A stretch of 64,000 bases of DNA from an uncultured Candidatus Saccharibacteria bacterium (GTDB lineage: Bacteria; Patescibacteriota; WWE3; UBA101185; UBA10185). The notes below the pieces were generated by a model. The model saw only the letters and a list, made by a program, of their open reading frames with translations. It searched no databases and was not told the origin of the DNA. Made by a program: the position numbers and the translations under genes. The stretch is taken from the NCBI GenBank assembly GCA_964385105.1, contig CAYLMU010000001.1, forward strand, positions 258,252 to 322,251. Direction: 5' to 3'. Position 1 is the first letter of the stretch. Each line of letters begins with the position of its first letter. This document shows positions 1 through 10,332 of the stretch, in pieces.

Positions 1-528
1 TCTATTTCAGGAAGAGGAACTGTTGCTACAGGAAGAATTGAAAGAGGTATTGTAAAAGTAGGAGAAGAAGTAGAGCTTGTAGGTATTAAAGGTACAAAGA
101 AAACCGTTGTGACCGGAGTTGAGATGTTTAACAAACAACTTCAGGAAGGTCAGGCCGGAGATAACGTAGGACTATTGTTAAGAGGTGTTGAAAGAGAAGG
201 TATTGAAAGAGGTCAGGTTTTGGCTAAAACCGGATCGATTCAACCTCATACCGAATTTGAAGCACAGATTTACGTGCTCTCAAAAGAGGAAGGCGGACGA
301 CACAAAGCATTTTTTACCGGATACAGACCTCAATTCTATTTACGAACCACTGACGTAACCGGAGAGATAACTTTACCGGACGGAGTTGAAATGGTAATGC
401 CTGGTGATGACGTAAGTATTAAAGTAAAACTTATCACACCTGTTGCATTGGAAGATGGTCTTAAATTTGCTATAAGAGAAGGCGGACATACAGTTGGAGC
501 AGGAGTTATTACAAAAGTAACTGCATAA
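1..528 (+). CDS. tuf: Elongation factor Tu, C-terminal fragment (5' end lies outside the window)
   Basis: Frame continuous from nt 1 ([16 protein letters not shown]...), showing EF-Tu domain 2/3 motifs; stop TAA 526-528; lies upstream of rpsJ as in the str/S10 arrangement. Confidence 0.93.
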   Translation, partial: SISGRGTVATGRIERGIVKVGEEVELVGIKGTKKTVVTGVEMFNKQLQEGQAGDNVGLLLRGVEREGIERGQVLAKTGSIQPHTEFEAQIYVLSKEEGGRHKAFFTGYRPQFYLRTTDVTGEITLPDGVEMVMPGDDVSIKVKLITPVALEDGLKFAIREGGHTVGAGVITKVTA

Positions 529-543
529 TAATCAAAAATTAGC

Positions 544-570
544 GGGGCGTCGCATAGACGCCCCTTTTTA
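544..570 (+). terminator. Rho-independent terminator after tuf (GGGGCGTC-GCATA-GACGCCCC + TTTTTA)
   Basis: Perfect 8-bp GC stem, 5-nt loop and U-tract seen directly in the sequence. Confidence 0.7.
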
Positions 571-585
571 AGCAGGAAATCAGAT

Positions 586-909
586 ATGGCAAAAGCAAAA
601 ACACAACAAACAAGAATAAGAATAAAACTAAACGCTTATGACAGCAGAATAATTGACTTAAGTTGTGATAGAATCGTGGATGCTGCTGTACGCACAGGAG
701 CATCAGTAGCCGGACCCATACCGTTACCTACAAGGATTGAAAAATTTACGGTAATTAGAGGTCCTCATATTGATAAAAGATCACGGGAACAATTTGAATT
801 AAGAACACACAAGAGGGTAATAGACGTGATAAATCCAACATCATCAACAATAGAGAATCTGTCTAATCTCAATCTACCGGCAGGAGTTGGGATTTCTATA
901 AAGATGTAA
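586..909 (+). CDS. rpsJ: 30S ribosomal protein S10
   Basis: 107 aa; conserved S10 sequence (IRIKLKAYD..., PIPLPT). Confidence 0.93.
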   Translation: MAKAKTQQTRIRIKLNAYDSRIIDLSCDRIVDAAVRTGASVAGPIPLPTRIEKFTVIRGPHIDKRSREQFELRTHKRVIDVINPTSSTIENLSNLNLPAGVGISIKM

Positions 910-1033
910 GATTCATATACGTAGTGAAAAGTTAAAATATGTGTATATTGAATAAAATTAATTATAATTTTTAAACTAAAGGGTTAAACTAAGGTACTTA
1001 AAGGCCCTTTAAGGGTCTTTTTTATTGAATAAG

Positions 1034-1474
1034 ATGACTGAAGAAACACAAAATAAAATAATAACAGGTTCAAAGATGCAAATGAGCCAGGTTTTTACAC
1101 CTGAAGGTAAAGTGATTCCTGTTACTATTGTTAAAGTTTCAGGAAAAGTGGATGAAGATTTAGAAAATAAAGAAGTTATAGTTGTAGGTAAGTCAAAAGG
1201 TAAAGGTTTTACCGGAACCATTAAAAAATGGGGATTTGCCCGCCAACCGGTTACCCGTGGACAGTCAGACAAAACAAGAGCTCCGGGGTCAATTGGTGCT
1301 CAAACTCCGGGAAGAGTTTTTAAAGGTAAAAAAATGGCCGGTCGCCATGGAAACAAACAGGTTACAATAAAAGGTTTAAAAGTTATTAAGGTAGATTTTG
1401 AAAATAATCATGTAATGGTTTCAGGACCCATACCGGGTGCAAGAAATTCTGAAGTGAAAATTAGGGTCATTTAA
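1034..1474 (+). CDS. rplC: 50S ribosomal protein L3 (unusually short, ~147 aa). The ATG at 1034 is the preferred start; the ORF track uses TTG at 1025.
   Basis: Motifs VFTPEGKVIPVT, GKGFTG, PGSIGA, KMAGRHG align to bacterial L3, but ~60 aa of the N-terminal globular region are absent. Confidence 0.85.
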   Translation: MTEETQNKIITGSKMQMSQVFTPEGKVIPVTIVKVSGKVDEDLENKEVIVVGKSKGKGFTGTIKKWGFARQPVTRGQSDKTRAPGSIGAQTPGRVFKGKKMAGRHGNKQVTIKGLKVIKVDFENNHVMVSGPIPGARNSEVKIRVI

Positions 1475-1475
1475 C

Positions 1476-2102
1476 ATGAAAATAGATATTTTTGATAAAA
1501 ACGGAAAATCTGTAGAAAAAGCCACATTATCTGATGAGGTTTTTGGTATTGAGCCAAGAACAACATTGCTAAGACAGTATATAAGAGTTGTTCAAAATAA
1601 TAAAAGACAAGGCACATCAGCGGCCAAAACACGAGCCGAAGTAAGTGGTGGCGGTAGAAAGCCATACAGACAAAAAGGAACAGGTAGAGCAAGAGCCGGG
1701 TCAACACGTAGTCCTTTATGGCGACACGGTGGTATAATCCATGGGCCAAAACCAAAAAGCTGGTCGTTGTCTTTTCCTAAGAAAATGAGGAGATTGGCAA
1801 TGCTTTCTGCGCTTTCAATTAAAGCTGCCGAAAATAAAATTATAGTAGTTGATCAATTAAAGTTTGATGAGCCAAAAATTACAAATATTGAAAGCTTTTT
1901 GAAAAATAATAATGTAGAAACCAAAAAAGGATTAATTGTATTAAATGAAAACGATATGGTTGTTAGAAAAAGTGCAAATAATCTTCCTATGGTAAGAACT
2001 GTGCTTTTAAACAATTTAAGTGCATATGATGTTCTTAAGTCAGACACGCTTATTTTTACAAAAGATTCGCTTGAGAAGTTAGAAGAGAAATATAAGGCAT
2101 AA
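1476..2102 (+). CDS. rplD: 50S ribosomal protein L4
   Basis: 208 aa; L4 signature (GGGRKPYRQKGTGRAR); position after rplC. Confidence 0.9.
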   Translation: MKIDIFDKNGKSVEKATLSDEVFGIEPRTTLLRQYIRVVQNNKRQGTSAAKTRAEVSGGGRKPYRQKGTGRARAGSTRSPLWRHGGIIHGPKPKSWSLSFPKKMRRLAMLSALSIKAAENKIIVVDQLKFDEPKITNIESFLKNNNVETKKGLIVLNENDMVVRKSANNLPMVRTVLLNNLSAYDVLKSDTLIFTKDSLEKLEEKYKA

Positions 2103-2105
2103 AAT

Positions 2106-2402
2106 ATGAATTTAAGTAAAGTTATAAAAAAACCAATAATTACCGAAAAAAGTATTTCAGGGCAAAATGCTCAAAATAAATATTTTTTTGAGGTACACAG
2201 AAGCGCATCAAAAGGTTTAATTAAAGAAGCTGTTGAAAATATGTTTGGTATAGATGTTGTGGATGTAAGAACGAGCATTGTTCCTGGTAAAAAGCGCCGA
2301 ATTTTAAGAACAAGAAAATTTACAAAGCTTCCTGCATGGAAAAAAGCAATTGTAACAGTTGCCGAGGGGCAGGAAATCAAACTGATTAAAGAAGGAAAGT
2401 AA
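2106..2402 (+). CDS. rplW: 50S ribosomal protein L23
   Basis: 98 aa; position between L4 and L2; L23-like sequence. Confidence 0.88.
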   Translation: MNLSKVIKKPIITEKSISGQNAQNKYFFEVHRSASKGLIKEAVENMFGIDVVDVRTSIVPGKKRRILRTRKFTKLPAWKKAIVTVAEGQEIKLIKEGK

Positions 2403-2403
2403 G

Positions 2404-3231
2404 ATGATAAAAAAATACAAACCGACAAGTCCGGGAATGAGGACACGAAAAACAATAAAAAGAGACGAAATAACAAAAAATCGTCCTGAAAAATCATTGA
2501 CTAAGCCGCTAAAAGGAGCAGTCGGTCGAAATAATGGCAGAATATCTATAAGAGCCAGAGAACGTGGTGCAAAAAAGCATTATAGAATAATTGACTTTAA
2601 ACGTGACAAAAAAGACATTCCTGCAAAAGTAGCTGCAATTGAATATGATCCCAACAGAGGGCCTAATATTGCTTTATTACATTATGCAGACGGAGAAAAA
2701 AGATATATATTAGCTCCTGAAGGTTTGGAAGTTGGCATGACCGTCATGTCGGGAGAAAATTCTGACATTAAAGTTGGAAATGCTTTACCTCTTGAAAAAA
2801 TACCACTTGGGTTTGAAGTTCATAATATAGAAATCAGCCCCGGTAAAGGAGGACAATTAGCTCGAGGTGCAGGTAATAAAGGTGTTTTATTGGCAAGAGA
2901 TGCAGGCATGGTGAATATAAAGTTACCAAGCGGAGAAGTTAAAAGAATAAGAGCTATGTGTTATGCTACAATCGGTGCGCTAGGTAATGCAGATGAAAGA
3001 CACACAAGACTTGGAAAAGCCGGAAAGAAAAGACACTTAGGTAGAAGACCACAAGTTAGAGGACTTGCTATGGCAAATCCAAAGGATCATCCGCATGCAG
3101 GTTCATATAGTGATACCGGTACAGGACATCCAAAAACTCCGTGGGGCAAGCCTACTAAAGGTTTTAAAACTAGAAAAAGAAAGCATACTAATAAGTATAT
3201 AGTTACACCAAGGCGTAAGAAGAAACGCTAG
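2404..3231 (+). CDS. rplB: 50S ribosomal protein L2
   Basis: 275 aa; L2 motifs ([24 protein letters not shown]). Confidence 0.95.
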   Translation: MIKKYKPTSPGMRTRKTIKRDEITKNRPEKSLTKPLKGAVGRNNGRISIRARERGAKKHYRIIDFKRDKKDIPAKVAAIEYDPNRGPNIALLHYADGEKRYILAPEGLEVGMTVMSGENSDIKVGNALPLEKIPLGFEVHNIEISPGKGGQLARGAGNKGVLLARDAGMVNIKLPSGEVKRIRAMCYATIGALGNADERHTRLGKAGKKRHLGRRPQVRGLAMANPKDHPHAGSYSDTGTGHPKTPWGKPTKGFKTRKRKHTNKYIVTPRRKKKR

Positions 3232-3242
3232 TTAGGTAAAAT

Positions 3243-3518
3243 ATGGCAAGATCACTTAAAAAAGGTCCGGTAATAGATGAAAAGCTGATGAAAAAGCTTA
3301 ATAAAATGAAAGAATCCGGGCAGAAAAAACCAATAAAGACCTGGGCTAGATCCAGCACAATTACTCCTGAGATGGTGGGATATACTTTTCAGGTGCATAA
3401 CGGAAGAATTCACATAGATGTTTATGTGACCGAAGCAATGGTAGGTCACAAACTTGGAGAATTTTCACCAACAAGAACATTTAGAGGTCATTCATCCAAA
3501 AAAGCAAAAATGAGGTAA
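3243..3518 (+). CDS. rpsS: 30S ribosomal protein S19
   Basis: 91 aa; MARSLKKGP..., HNGR motif. Confidence 0.95.
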   Translation: MARSLKKGPVIDEKLMKKLNKMKESGQKKPIKTWARSSTITPEMVGYTFQVHNGRIHIDVYVTEAMVGHKLGEFSPTRTFRGHSSKKAKMR

Positions 3519-3522
3519 AAAT

Positions 3523-3873
3523 ATGAATAAAGCTTTAGTATACGCAAAAAGTAAATATGTACGAACATCCGTTAAAAAGACGCGACCTGTATTGGATTTG
3601 GTTAGAGGTAAAGATGTGAATGAAGCCAAAAAAATACTAAGATTTCATCCGGCAAAACCTGCAAAGTTGCTTTTGAAAACATTAAATTCTGCGGTTTCAA
3701 ATGCAAGGCATAATCTGGATTTAAATGAGAAAAACCTGTATATTTCAGAATTGTATGTTAATGAGGGTCCAACAATGAAACATGGTCAGTTTGTAGGTAG
3801 AGGAAGATTCAACCCTATTTTAAAAAGGACATCTCATATAGTTGTAGGTTTATCTGAAAGGGACAAGAAATAA
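3523..3873 (+). CDS. rplV: 50S ribosomal protein L22
   Basis: 116 aa; position and L22-like sequence. Confidence 0.88.
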   Translation: MNKALVYAKSKYVRTSVKKTRPVLDLVRGKDVNEAKKILRFHPAKPAKLLLKTLNSAVSNARHNLDLNEKNLYISELYVNEGPTMKHGQFVGRGRFNPILKRTSHIVVGLSERDKK

Positions 3874-4505
3874 TGGGACAAAAAATACACCCCCACGGTT
3901 TTAGACTTGGAATAATAAAAGACTGGAAATCCAAATGGTATGTTGACCAGGATAAATTTGGTGATTATGTTGTTGAAGATTTTAAAATTCGTCAATTTTT
4001 GGATAAGCAGCTAAGTACCGCAGGACTGGAATCGGTAATTATTGAGAGGTCGCCAAATGAAGTGAATATTATGGTTCGTGTGTCTCGCCCGGGATTAGTT
4101 ATTGGTAGAGGTGGTTCAGGTGTGGAAGAGCTTGAAAAGAAGCTTCGTAAATTAACCGAGTCAAAGCTAAAACTCACTGTAGAAGAGGTAAAGTCTCCGG
4201 AGCTTAATGCAGCACTTGTTGCAGAATATATAGGAAGACAATTTAAAAGAAGAATTCCGTACAGACGTGCAGTGAATTCTGCAGTTCAATCTGCAATGGA
4301 TAAAGGTGCCAAGGGTATAAAAATAAGAGTTTCAGGTTTATTAAGCGGAGGAAACTCTATTGCAAGAACCGAAACATATGAAAGAGGCTCTGTTCCGACA
4401 CAAACATTAAGAGCTAACATAGATTATGCACAAAAAGATATTCATTTAATTTACGGAACCGTAGGTGTGAAGGTTTGGATTTATCATGGAGAGGAAGAAA
4501 TTTAA
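3873..4505 (+). CDS. rpsC: 30S ribosomal protein S3
   Basis: 210 aa; MGQKIHPHGFRLG start, KH domain (GRGGSGVEEL). Confidence 0.95.
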   Translation: MGQKIHPHGFRLGIIKDWKSKWYVDQDKFGDYVVEDFKIRQFLDKQLSTAGLESVIIERSPNEVNIMVRVSRPGLVIGRGGSGVEELEKKLRKLTESKLKLTVEEVKSPELNAALVAEYIGRQFKRRIPYRRAVNSAVQSAMDKGAKGIKIRVSGLLSGGNSIARTETYERGSVPTQTLRANIDYAQKDIHLIYGTVGVKVWIYHGEEEI

Positions 4506-4521
4506 ATAAGGAAAAAAGCTT

Positions 4522-4929
4522 ATGTTGATGCCAAAAAAAGTAAAATTTAGAAAAGCAATGAGAGGAAATAACAAGGGCATGGCCGTTAGGGGTTCTACTG
4601 TTTCATTTGGTGAATATGCTTTAAAGGCTGAAGAAAGAGGTCTTCTTACATCAAGACAAATTGAGTCGGCAAGAAAAGCTGTGACACACAGAACAAAAAG
4701 AGGCGGAAAATTGTGGATTAGAGTGTTTCCTGATAAGCCTATATCAAAAAAGGCCGCAGAAACAAGAATGGGGGGAGGTAAATCCCCGGTCTCGCACTAT
4801 GCAGCTGTTATCAAACCCGGAAAAATCATCTTTGAGATTTCAGGAGTAACAGAAGAAACAGCTCGTGAAGCATTTAAAATGGCAGCAAATAAACTGCCTA
4901 TTAGAACAAGATTTATAAAGGTAGATTAA
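4522..4929 (+). CDS. rplP: 50S ribosomal protein L16
   Basis: 135 aa; [11 protein letters not shown]..., conserved L16 core. Confidence 0.95.
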   Translation: MLMPKKVKFRKAMRGNNKGMAVRGSTVSFGEYALKAEERGLLTSRQIESARKAVTHRTKRGGKLWIRVFPDKPISKKAAETRMGGGKSPVSHYAAVIKPGKIIFEISGVTEETAREAFKMAANKLPIRTRFIKVD

Positions 4930-4930
4930 T

Positions 4931-5128
4931 ATGGATTTAAAAGAATTAAGAAAACAATCTATAGAAGAATTAAAAGCAACATTAAAAGCGAAAGAATCGG
5001 AAGCACAGGAAGCGGTTATGGATTTATTGAAAGAAAAAGAAAAAAATGTTAGTAAAGTAAGGTTTTTAAAAAAGGATATTGCAAGAATAAAAACAATTAT
5101 AAATGAAAGGAAATTTGTAGAACAATAA
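4931..5128 (+). CDS. rpmC: 50S ribosomal protein L29
   Basis: 65 aa; position between L16 and S17; LRKQSIEELK motif. Confidence 0.85.
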   Translation: MDLKELRKQSIEELKATLKAKESEAQEAVMDLLKEKEKNVSKVRFLKKDIARIKTIINERKFVEQ

Positions 5129-5129
5129 T

Positions 5130-5369
5130 ATGGCTAAAAAAACATTTAAAGGATCAGTAGTTTCGGATAAGATGCAAAAAACCGTGGTAGTAGCGGTTGA
5201 GCTTCCGAAAAAACATCCTTTATATAACAAAGAAATAAAGAATACAAAAAGGTTTAAGGCACGAAATGAAGTTGATGCTAAATTAAACGATATTGTTGTT
5301 ATTGAAGAATGCAGACCTTACAGCAAAGAAGTTACATGGAAAGTGGTGGAGGTAGTTTCTGCCAAATAA
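5130..5369 (+). CDS. rpsQ: 30S ribosomal protein S17
   Basis: 79 aa; GSVVSDKMQKTVVV OB-fold start. Confidence 0.9.
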   Translation: MAKKTFKGSVVSDKMQKTVVVAVELPKKHPLYNKEIKNTKRFKARNEVDAKLNDIVVIEECRPYSKEVTWKVVEVVSAK

Positions 5370-5386
5370 TTTAGAAAAGGGAAAAT

Positions 5387-5755
5387 ATGGTACAAATTGG
5401 CACAACATTAAATGTAGCAGACAACTCGGGAGCAAAACTACTAAAAATTGTAGGTATACCCGGTCATTCAAAAAAGAAAGTAGCTAAAGTCGGAGATATT
5501 GTTACATGTGCTGTCAAAGGTGCTTCATCAAGGGGAGTAGTTAAAGACCATAGTGTGGTAAAAGTAGTTATTGTGAGAACAAAAAAGGAAACCAGAAGAA
5601 ACGACGGTTCATACATTAGATTTGACGATAACGCAGGTGTTGTGATTAATAAAGACAAAAACATGCTGGGAACAAGAATTTTTGGGCCGGTTGCAAGGGA
5701 ATTAAGAGACCAGGGTTATTTAAAAATAGCTTCATTGGCTAAAGAAGTTTGGTAA
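5387..5755 (+). CDS. rplN: 50S ribosomal protein L14
   Basis: 122 aa; [17 protein letters not shown] start. Confidence 0.95.
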   Translation: MVQIGTTLNVADNSGAKLLKIVGIPGHSKKKVAKVGDIVTCAVKGASSRGVVKDHSVVKVVIVRTKKETRRNDGSYIRFDDNAGVVINKDKNMLGTRIFGPVARELRDQGYLKIASLAKEVW

Positions 5756-5761
5756 AAATAT

Positions 5762-6070
5762 ATGAAAATAAGAAAAAATGACAAAGTAAAAATTATAGCA
5801 GGAAAAGATAAGGGTAAAACCGGGAAAGTTATTGCTGTGCTTACGGATAAAAATAAAGTTATAGTTGAGGGTGTTAATTTAGTTAAAAAACATATTAAAA
5901 AAGGTCAAGGCAGCGAAGAAGGCGGAATAGTTAATATGGAAAAGCCAATTGATGCGTCAAATGTAATGTTTATTGATGAAAAGTCAGGTTTACCCGTAAG
6001 ACTTGGATATAAAGTTGTAGACGGTAAAAAATATAGAGTTTCTAAAAAAAACGGAGAAATAATTAAATAA
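5762..6070 (+). CDS. rplX: 50S ribosomal protein L24
   Basis: 102 aa; KIRKNDKVKIIAGKDKGKTGKV KOW motif. Confidence 0.9.
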   Translation: MKIRKNDKVKIIAGKDKGKTGKVIAVLTDKNKVIVEGVNLVKKHIKKGQGSEEGGIVNMEKPIDASNVMFIDEKSGLPVRLGYKVVDGKKYRVSKKNGEIIK

Positions 6071-6071
6071 A

Positions 6072-6614
6072 ATGAATAGACTTAGAACAGCATACAAAGA
6101 AAAAGTTCAGAATCAATTAGTGGAAGATCTTGGTTTATCTAGTATAATGGAAGCTCCTAAGCTCCGAAAGATTGTTGTTAACGCAGGTATTGGAGATTTT
6201 AAAGATAACAAGGAAGCATTGGATTCATTTGTAGAAGAGTTAATGCAAATTACAGGTCAGAAACCGGCACCCAGAGCTGCACGAAAATCAGAATCGGGAT
6301 TTAAGATAAGACAGGGAGATGTAGTTGGGTACTCTGTAACCTTAAGAGGTGAAAGAATGTGGGCTTTTCTTGATAAGTTTATAAATATTGTATTGCCAAG
6401 AGTAAGAGATTTTAAGGGCTTAAACCCAAAATCTTTTGATGAAAGCGGTAATTATTCGGTTGGGATAAGGGAACATGTTATATTTCCGGAAATAAACCCA
6501 AACAAAGTTAAAGGAATTAGAAGTTTACAGATTACATTTGGTATATCTTCAAAAGAACCTGCACACAGCAGAGTATTACTTGAAAAACTTGGTATACCAT
6601 TTATGAAAGATTAA
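6072..6614 (+). CDS. rplE: 50S ribosomal protein L5
   Basis: 180 aa; L5 motifs. Confidence 0.93.
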   Translation: MNRLRTAYKEKVQNQLVEDLGLSSIMEAPKLRKIVVNAGIGDFKDNKEALDSFVEELMQITGQKPAPRAARKSESGFKIRQGDVVGYSVTLRGERMWAFLDKFINIVLPRVRDFKGLNPKSFDESGNYSVGIREHVIFPEINPNKVKGIRSLQITFGISSKEPAHSRVLLEKLGIPFMKD

Positions 6615-6615
6615 T

Positions 6616-6801
6616 ATGGCTAAAAAAGCATTAGTACAAAAACAAAAAAAAGGATCAAAATTTTCTGTTAGAGATTACAACAGGTGTAAAATTTGTGGTA
6701 ACTCTCGCGGGTTTATGAGAAGATTTAAAATTTGTCGTAAATGTTTTAGGGAACTCGCACACAAAGGTGAGATTCCGGGTGTAAAGAAGTCAAGCTGGTA
6801 A
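6616..6801 (+). CDS. rpsN: 30S ribosomal protein S14, type Z (zinc-binding, 61 aa)
   Basis: [20 protein letters not shown] shows a C-x2-C ... C-x2-C zinc ribbon; position between L5 and S8. Confidence 0.9.
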   Translation: MAKKALVQKQKKGSKFSVRDYNRCKICGNSRGFMRRFKICRKCFRELAHKGEIPGVKKSSW

Positions 6802-6803
6802 AT

Positions 6804-7205
6804 ATGAGTAAAGATTTATTATCAAACATGTTAAGCACTATTCAAAATGCAGCCCTTGTTAAAAAGGAGTTTGTAGAAGTGCCTTTTAGTAATGAATGCT
6901 TGGCTGTGGCCGAAGTTTTAAAAAATCATGGTTATTTAACTGACGTAAAAACTTTTAAAGAAAAAGGAAAATATTACAAAAAGTTAAGATTAGATATTGC
7001 TTATAAATCAGACGGCACTCCAAAATTAAGTTCAGTTCAAAGAGTATCAAAACCAGGAAGAAGATTATACAAAGGCACATCAGCTATTGGAAGTGTTATG
7101 GGAGGATATGGTTTGCTTGTTGTTTCTACTTCCCGCGGGGTTATGTCGGGTGAAGAGGCAAAAAAGAAAAAATTAGGCGGAGAAGTTGTTTGTAGGATAT
7201 TTTAA
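6804..7205 (+). CDS. rpsH: 30S ribosomal protein S8
   Basis: 133 aa; position and S8-like sequence. Confidence 0.9.
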   Translation: MSKDLLSNMLSTIQNAALVKKEFVEVPFSNECLAVAEVLKNHGYLTDVKTFKEKGKYYKKLRLDIAYKSDGTPKLSSVQRVSKPGRRLYKGTSAIGSVMGGYGLLVVSTSRGVMSGEEAKKKKLGGEVVCRIF

Positions 7206-7207
7206 AA

Positions 7208-7750
7208 ATGTCAAGAATAGGAAAAAACCCAGTTTCAATACCAAGTGATGTTACCGTTCAAATAAATAACGGTGTTATAAATGTTAAAGGACCTAAAGGT
7301 GAATTAAGTTATGAAACACGACCGGAGATTGATGTAAAAGTGGTAGAAGATAAGGTGGTTGCCGAGGTAAAAATTGACACAAAACAGTCAAATGCTTTGT
7401 GGGGTTTGACACAATCTTTAGTAAAAAATATGATTGAAGGCGTAACAAAAGGATATGAAAAGAAATTGGAATTGGTTGGTGTTGGATATAGGGTAAAAAG
7501 TGTGAATCCTACTGAGGTAAGCATAACAGTTGGATATTCGCATCCTGTGGAATTTAAGGCTCCGGAAGGCGTTACTTTGGATGTAGAGGGTACAACCGAA
7601 CTAACAGTAAAAGGAATAGATAAACACCTGGTCGGGCAGACTGCGGCCAACATCAGAAAAATAAGAAAACCCGAGCCATATAAAGGTAAAGGAATAAAAT
7701 ATGCAGACGAAGTAGTTAGAAGAAAACCGGGTAAAACAGGTAAAGTTTAA
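7208..7750 (+). CDS. rplF: 50S ribosomal protein L6
   Basis: 180 aa; MSRIGKNPVSIP start. Confidence 0.9.
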   Translation: MSRIGKNPVSIPSDVTVQINNGVINVKGPKGELSYETRPEIDVKVVEDKVVAEVKIDTKQSNALWGLTQSLVKNMIEGVTKGYEKKLELVGVGYRVKSVNPTEVSITVGYSHPVEFKAPEGVTLDVEGTTELTVKGIDKHLVGQTAANIRKIRKPEPYKGKGIKYADEVVRRKPGKTGKV

Positions 7751-7758
7751 AGGAAAAT

Positions 7759-8118
7759 ATGTATCACGTTAAACTAAGAACAGGAAAAGAAAAAAGAAAG
7801 CTAAGAGTTAGAAAGAATATTTTCGGTACTCCAGAAAGGCCAAGGCTTTCTATTTTTAGATCAAATAAATATTTATATGCTCAGCTTATTGATGATGAAA
7901 AAGGAACTACAATTGTTTCGTTATCATCAAATGATGTAAAAAAAACTCATGCTGAAAACAAAAAAGTGGATGCAGCGTTTGAATTGGGTAAAAAACTTGC
8001 AAATAGCGCCAAAAAAGCTAAAGTTACAAAAGTAGTATTTGATCGAAGCGGGTACAAGTATCATGGTAGAGTAAAAAGTTTTGCAGATGGTGTCCGTGAA
8101 GGCGGTTTGGAATTTTAA
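7759..8118 (+). CDS. rplR: 50S ribosomal protein L18
   Basis: 119 aa; position and L18-like C-terminus (GYKYHGRVK..ADGVREGGLEF). Confidence 0.9.
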   Translation: MYHVKLRTGKEKRKLRVRKNIFGTPERPRLSIFRSNKYLYAQLIDDEKGTTIVSLSSNDVKKTHAENKKVDAAFELGKKLANSAKKAKVTKVVFDRSGYKYHGRVKSFADGVREGGLEF

Positions 8119-8120
8119 TT

Positions 8121-8585
8121 ATGAATAGAGGATTTAAACAAGATAGAGAATTTGAAGATAGAATTGTAGAAACTAAAAGAGTTTCAAAAAAAACCCGCGG
8201 AGGTAATAAAATCGGGTTTACTGCTTTAGTTGTGAGCGGAAATAGAGACGGAAAAGTAGGGTTTGGGCTTGGAAAAGCTCCGGACATTTCTTCTGCGATT
8301 CAAAAAGGTATTAAACTTGCAAAACGCAACATGATTGAAGTAAATCTTACTGAACACGGCTCTATTCCACATGAAATTACAGAAAAATACAAAGCATCCG
8401 TTGTAAAGCTCATGCCTGCTCCTGAAGGTTCGGGGGTTATTGCCGGCGGCGCTGTAAGGCACATTGTTGAATTGGCAGGAGTAAAAAATATTTCGGCCAA
8501 ATTAATCGGCTCTAATAATAAAATGGCTACAATTCAGTGTACTGTTAATGCTTTACAAAAATTAAAGTCTGAAAGTGAAAAATAA
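8121..8585 (+). CDS. rpsE: 30S ribosomal protein S5
   Basis: 154 aa; S5 dsRBD and C-terminal motifs (GFGLGKA, GSGVIAGGAVR). Confidence 0.95.
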   Translation: MNRGFKQDREFEDRIVETKRVSKKTRGGNKIGFTALVVSGNRDGKVGFGLGKAPDISSAIQKGIKLAKRNMIEVNLTEHGSIPHEITEKYKASVVKLMPAPEGSGVIAGGAVRHIVELAGVKNISAKLIGSNNKMATIQCTVNALQKLKSESEK

Positions 8586-9029
8586 ATGAAATTAGATAAT
8601 TTAAACAAATTAAAAGGTGTTAAATCTGCAAAAAAACGAAGAGGTCGTGGTGCAGGTAGTGGAAAAGGTATGCATACCACAGGGGCTGGTCACAAAGGGC
8701 AAAAAGCAAGAGCAGGAAATAGTATGCCATTTGGATTTGAGGGCGGTCAGGTTCCTTTATACAAGAAACTACCAAAGCTTGGAGGTTTTAGAAGCTTAAA
8801 CCCAAAAAAAGTTGCAATAATCAACTTATCTAATTTAAATAAGTTTGATGAAGGTGCAGTGGTTACTCCTGAAAGTATTGTTGAGAGTGGTATGATTAAC
8901 TTTATACCAAGACACGGCGTGAAAGTATTGGCAAACGGGGAAATAGAAAAGAAACTTACGTTAAAAGGCTTTTTGTTTTCGGAATCGGCAAAGCAAAAAC
9001 TTGAAAAAGCAGGCTGCAAAATAGAATAA
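8586..9029 (+). CDS. rplO: 50S ribosomal protein L15
   Basis: 147 aa; RRGRGAGSGKGMHTTGAGHKGQKARAG; its start abuts the S5 stop directly (no L30 gene). Confidence 0.92.
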   Translation: MKLDNLNKLKGVKSAKKRRGRGAGSGKGMHTTGAGHKGQKARAGNSMPFGFEGGQVPLYKKLPKLGGFRSLNPKKVAIINLSNLNKFDEGAVVTPESIVESGMINFIPRHGVKVLANGEIEKKLTLKGFLFSESAKQKLEKAGCKIE

Positions 9030-9036
9030 TTAATTC

Positions 9037-10311
9037 ATGATAAAAGCACTAAAGTTACCTCATTTAAGAAGAAAAATTCTTTTCACATTTTTAGTTATTG
9101 TTATTTTTAGATTTTTGGCATTTATACCTGTTCCCGGTGTTGATGTAAGCGCGGTTAAAAGTTATGTTGAATCAAACCAGCTTTTAGGAATTTATAATTT
9201 ATTGGGAGGTGGGGGTTTGCAAAACTTTTCATTAATTACGCTTGGTTTAGGCCCATATATTAATGCATCCATTATTATTCAGTTGTTTACGGCAATGATT
9301 CCAAGTCTTGAAGAGTTATCTAAAGAAGGAGAATCAGGCCGCGAGAAGATTAATCAGTATACAAGGCTGCTTTCGTTGCCTATTTCGGTAATGCAGGCCT
9401 ATGGAATTTACTTTTTATTGAGCAATCAGGCACAAATAGGTACTCAAAAAGTACTGGGAGATCTTGATGCTTTTGGACTGCTGGTGCTTATTACCTCAAT
9501 GACAGCCGGTTCGATGCTTTTAGTTTGGGTTGGAGATTTAGTTACTGAATATGGAATTGGAAACGGAGTTTCAATACTAATTTTTGCCGGAATTATTAGC
9601 AGTTTACCATTTGCAGCGTTGCAGTTTATTTCCTCGGCTCAATTAATAGGATTGATGAGCATTGTTGTCTTTTTATTTTTAAGTTTGATTGTTATTTTTG
9701 GAGTTGTGCTTGTCAATGAGGGAACAAGAAATATTCCCATCGAATATGGACGTAGGGGTACGTTGTCTCAAAAAGTTTCTAACCACTTACCTATTAAACT
9801 TAACCAGGCCGGTGTTATTCCAATAATTTTTGCTGTTTCTATTGTAACTTTGCCAACAATAATCAGCGGACCATTAAGTGCTGCTTCTCAGCCTTATTTA
9901 TATAACACAGGAATATTTTTGGCACAAAATTTTAACCCTCAATCGTGGGGCTACAACTTGCTTTACTTTTTATTGGTAGTCGGATTCACGTTTTTTTACA
10001 CATTTGTACAGTTTAATCCGGAAAAGATTGCAGATGACATAAAAAGACGCGGAGGGTTTATTCCGGGGATAAGACCGGGTAAATCAACAAAAGAATATTT
10101 GCAAAGTGTTGTTACCAGATTAACTTTATTCGGTTCTGTGTTTCTTGGTCTAATCGCAATATTGCCATACATAGTACAAAATATAACCGGTTTAACAAAT
10201 CTTTCAGTTGGAGGTACAGGATTATTAATTGTAGTATCAGTTGTTTTGGAAACTGTGAGGCAAATACAATCCCAGGCTGTAAATAAGAGTTACAGTAGTT
10301 ATTTAGATTAA
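9037..10311 (+). CDS. secY: Protein translocase subunit SecY
   Basis: 424 aa, 10 TM helices, SecY signature segments; position after rplO. Confidence 0.95.
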   Translation: MIKALKLPHLRRKILFTFLVIVIFRFLAFIPVPGVDVSAVKSYVESNQLLGIYNLLGGGGLQNFSLITLGLGPYINASIIIQLFTAMIPSLEELSKEGESGREKINQYTRLLSLPISVMQAYGIYFLLSNQAQIGTQKVLGDLDAFGLLVLITSMTAGSMLLVWVGDLVTEYGIGNGVSILIFAGIISSLPFAALQFISSAQLIGLMSIVVFLFLSLIVIFGVVLVNEGTRNIPIEYGRRGTLSQKVSNHLPIKLNQAGVIPIIFAVSIVTLPTIISGPLSAASQPYLYNTGIFLAQNFNPQSWGYNLLYFLLVVGFTFFYTFVQFNPEKIADDIKRRGGFIPGIRPGKSTKEYLQSVVTRLTLFGSVFLGLIAILPYIVQNITGLTNLSVGGTGLLIVVSVVLETVRQIQSQAVNKSYSSYLD

Positions 10312-10332
10312 ATTTGGTAAAATAGAGGGGCT

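Noticed and set aside
1009-8500. Numerous minus-strand ORFs of 60-115 aa listed in the six-frame track inside the ribosomal gene cluster (e.g. 1009-1272, 1471-1755, 2171-2497, 7309-7653, 8226-8462)
   Set aside because: They are antisense to highly conserved ribosomal protein genes. They are low-complexity Ser/Leu/Phe-rich translations typical of AT-rich antisense frames, and none has an RBS or a recognisable domain.
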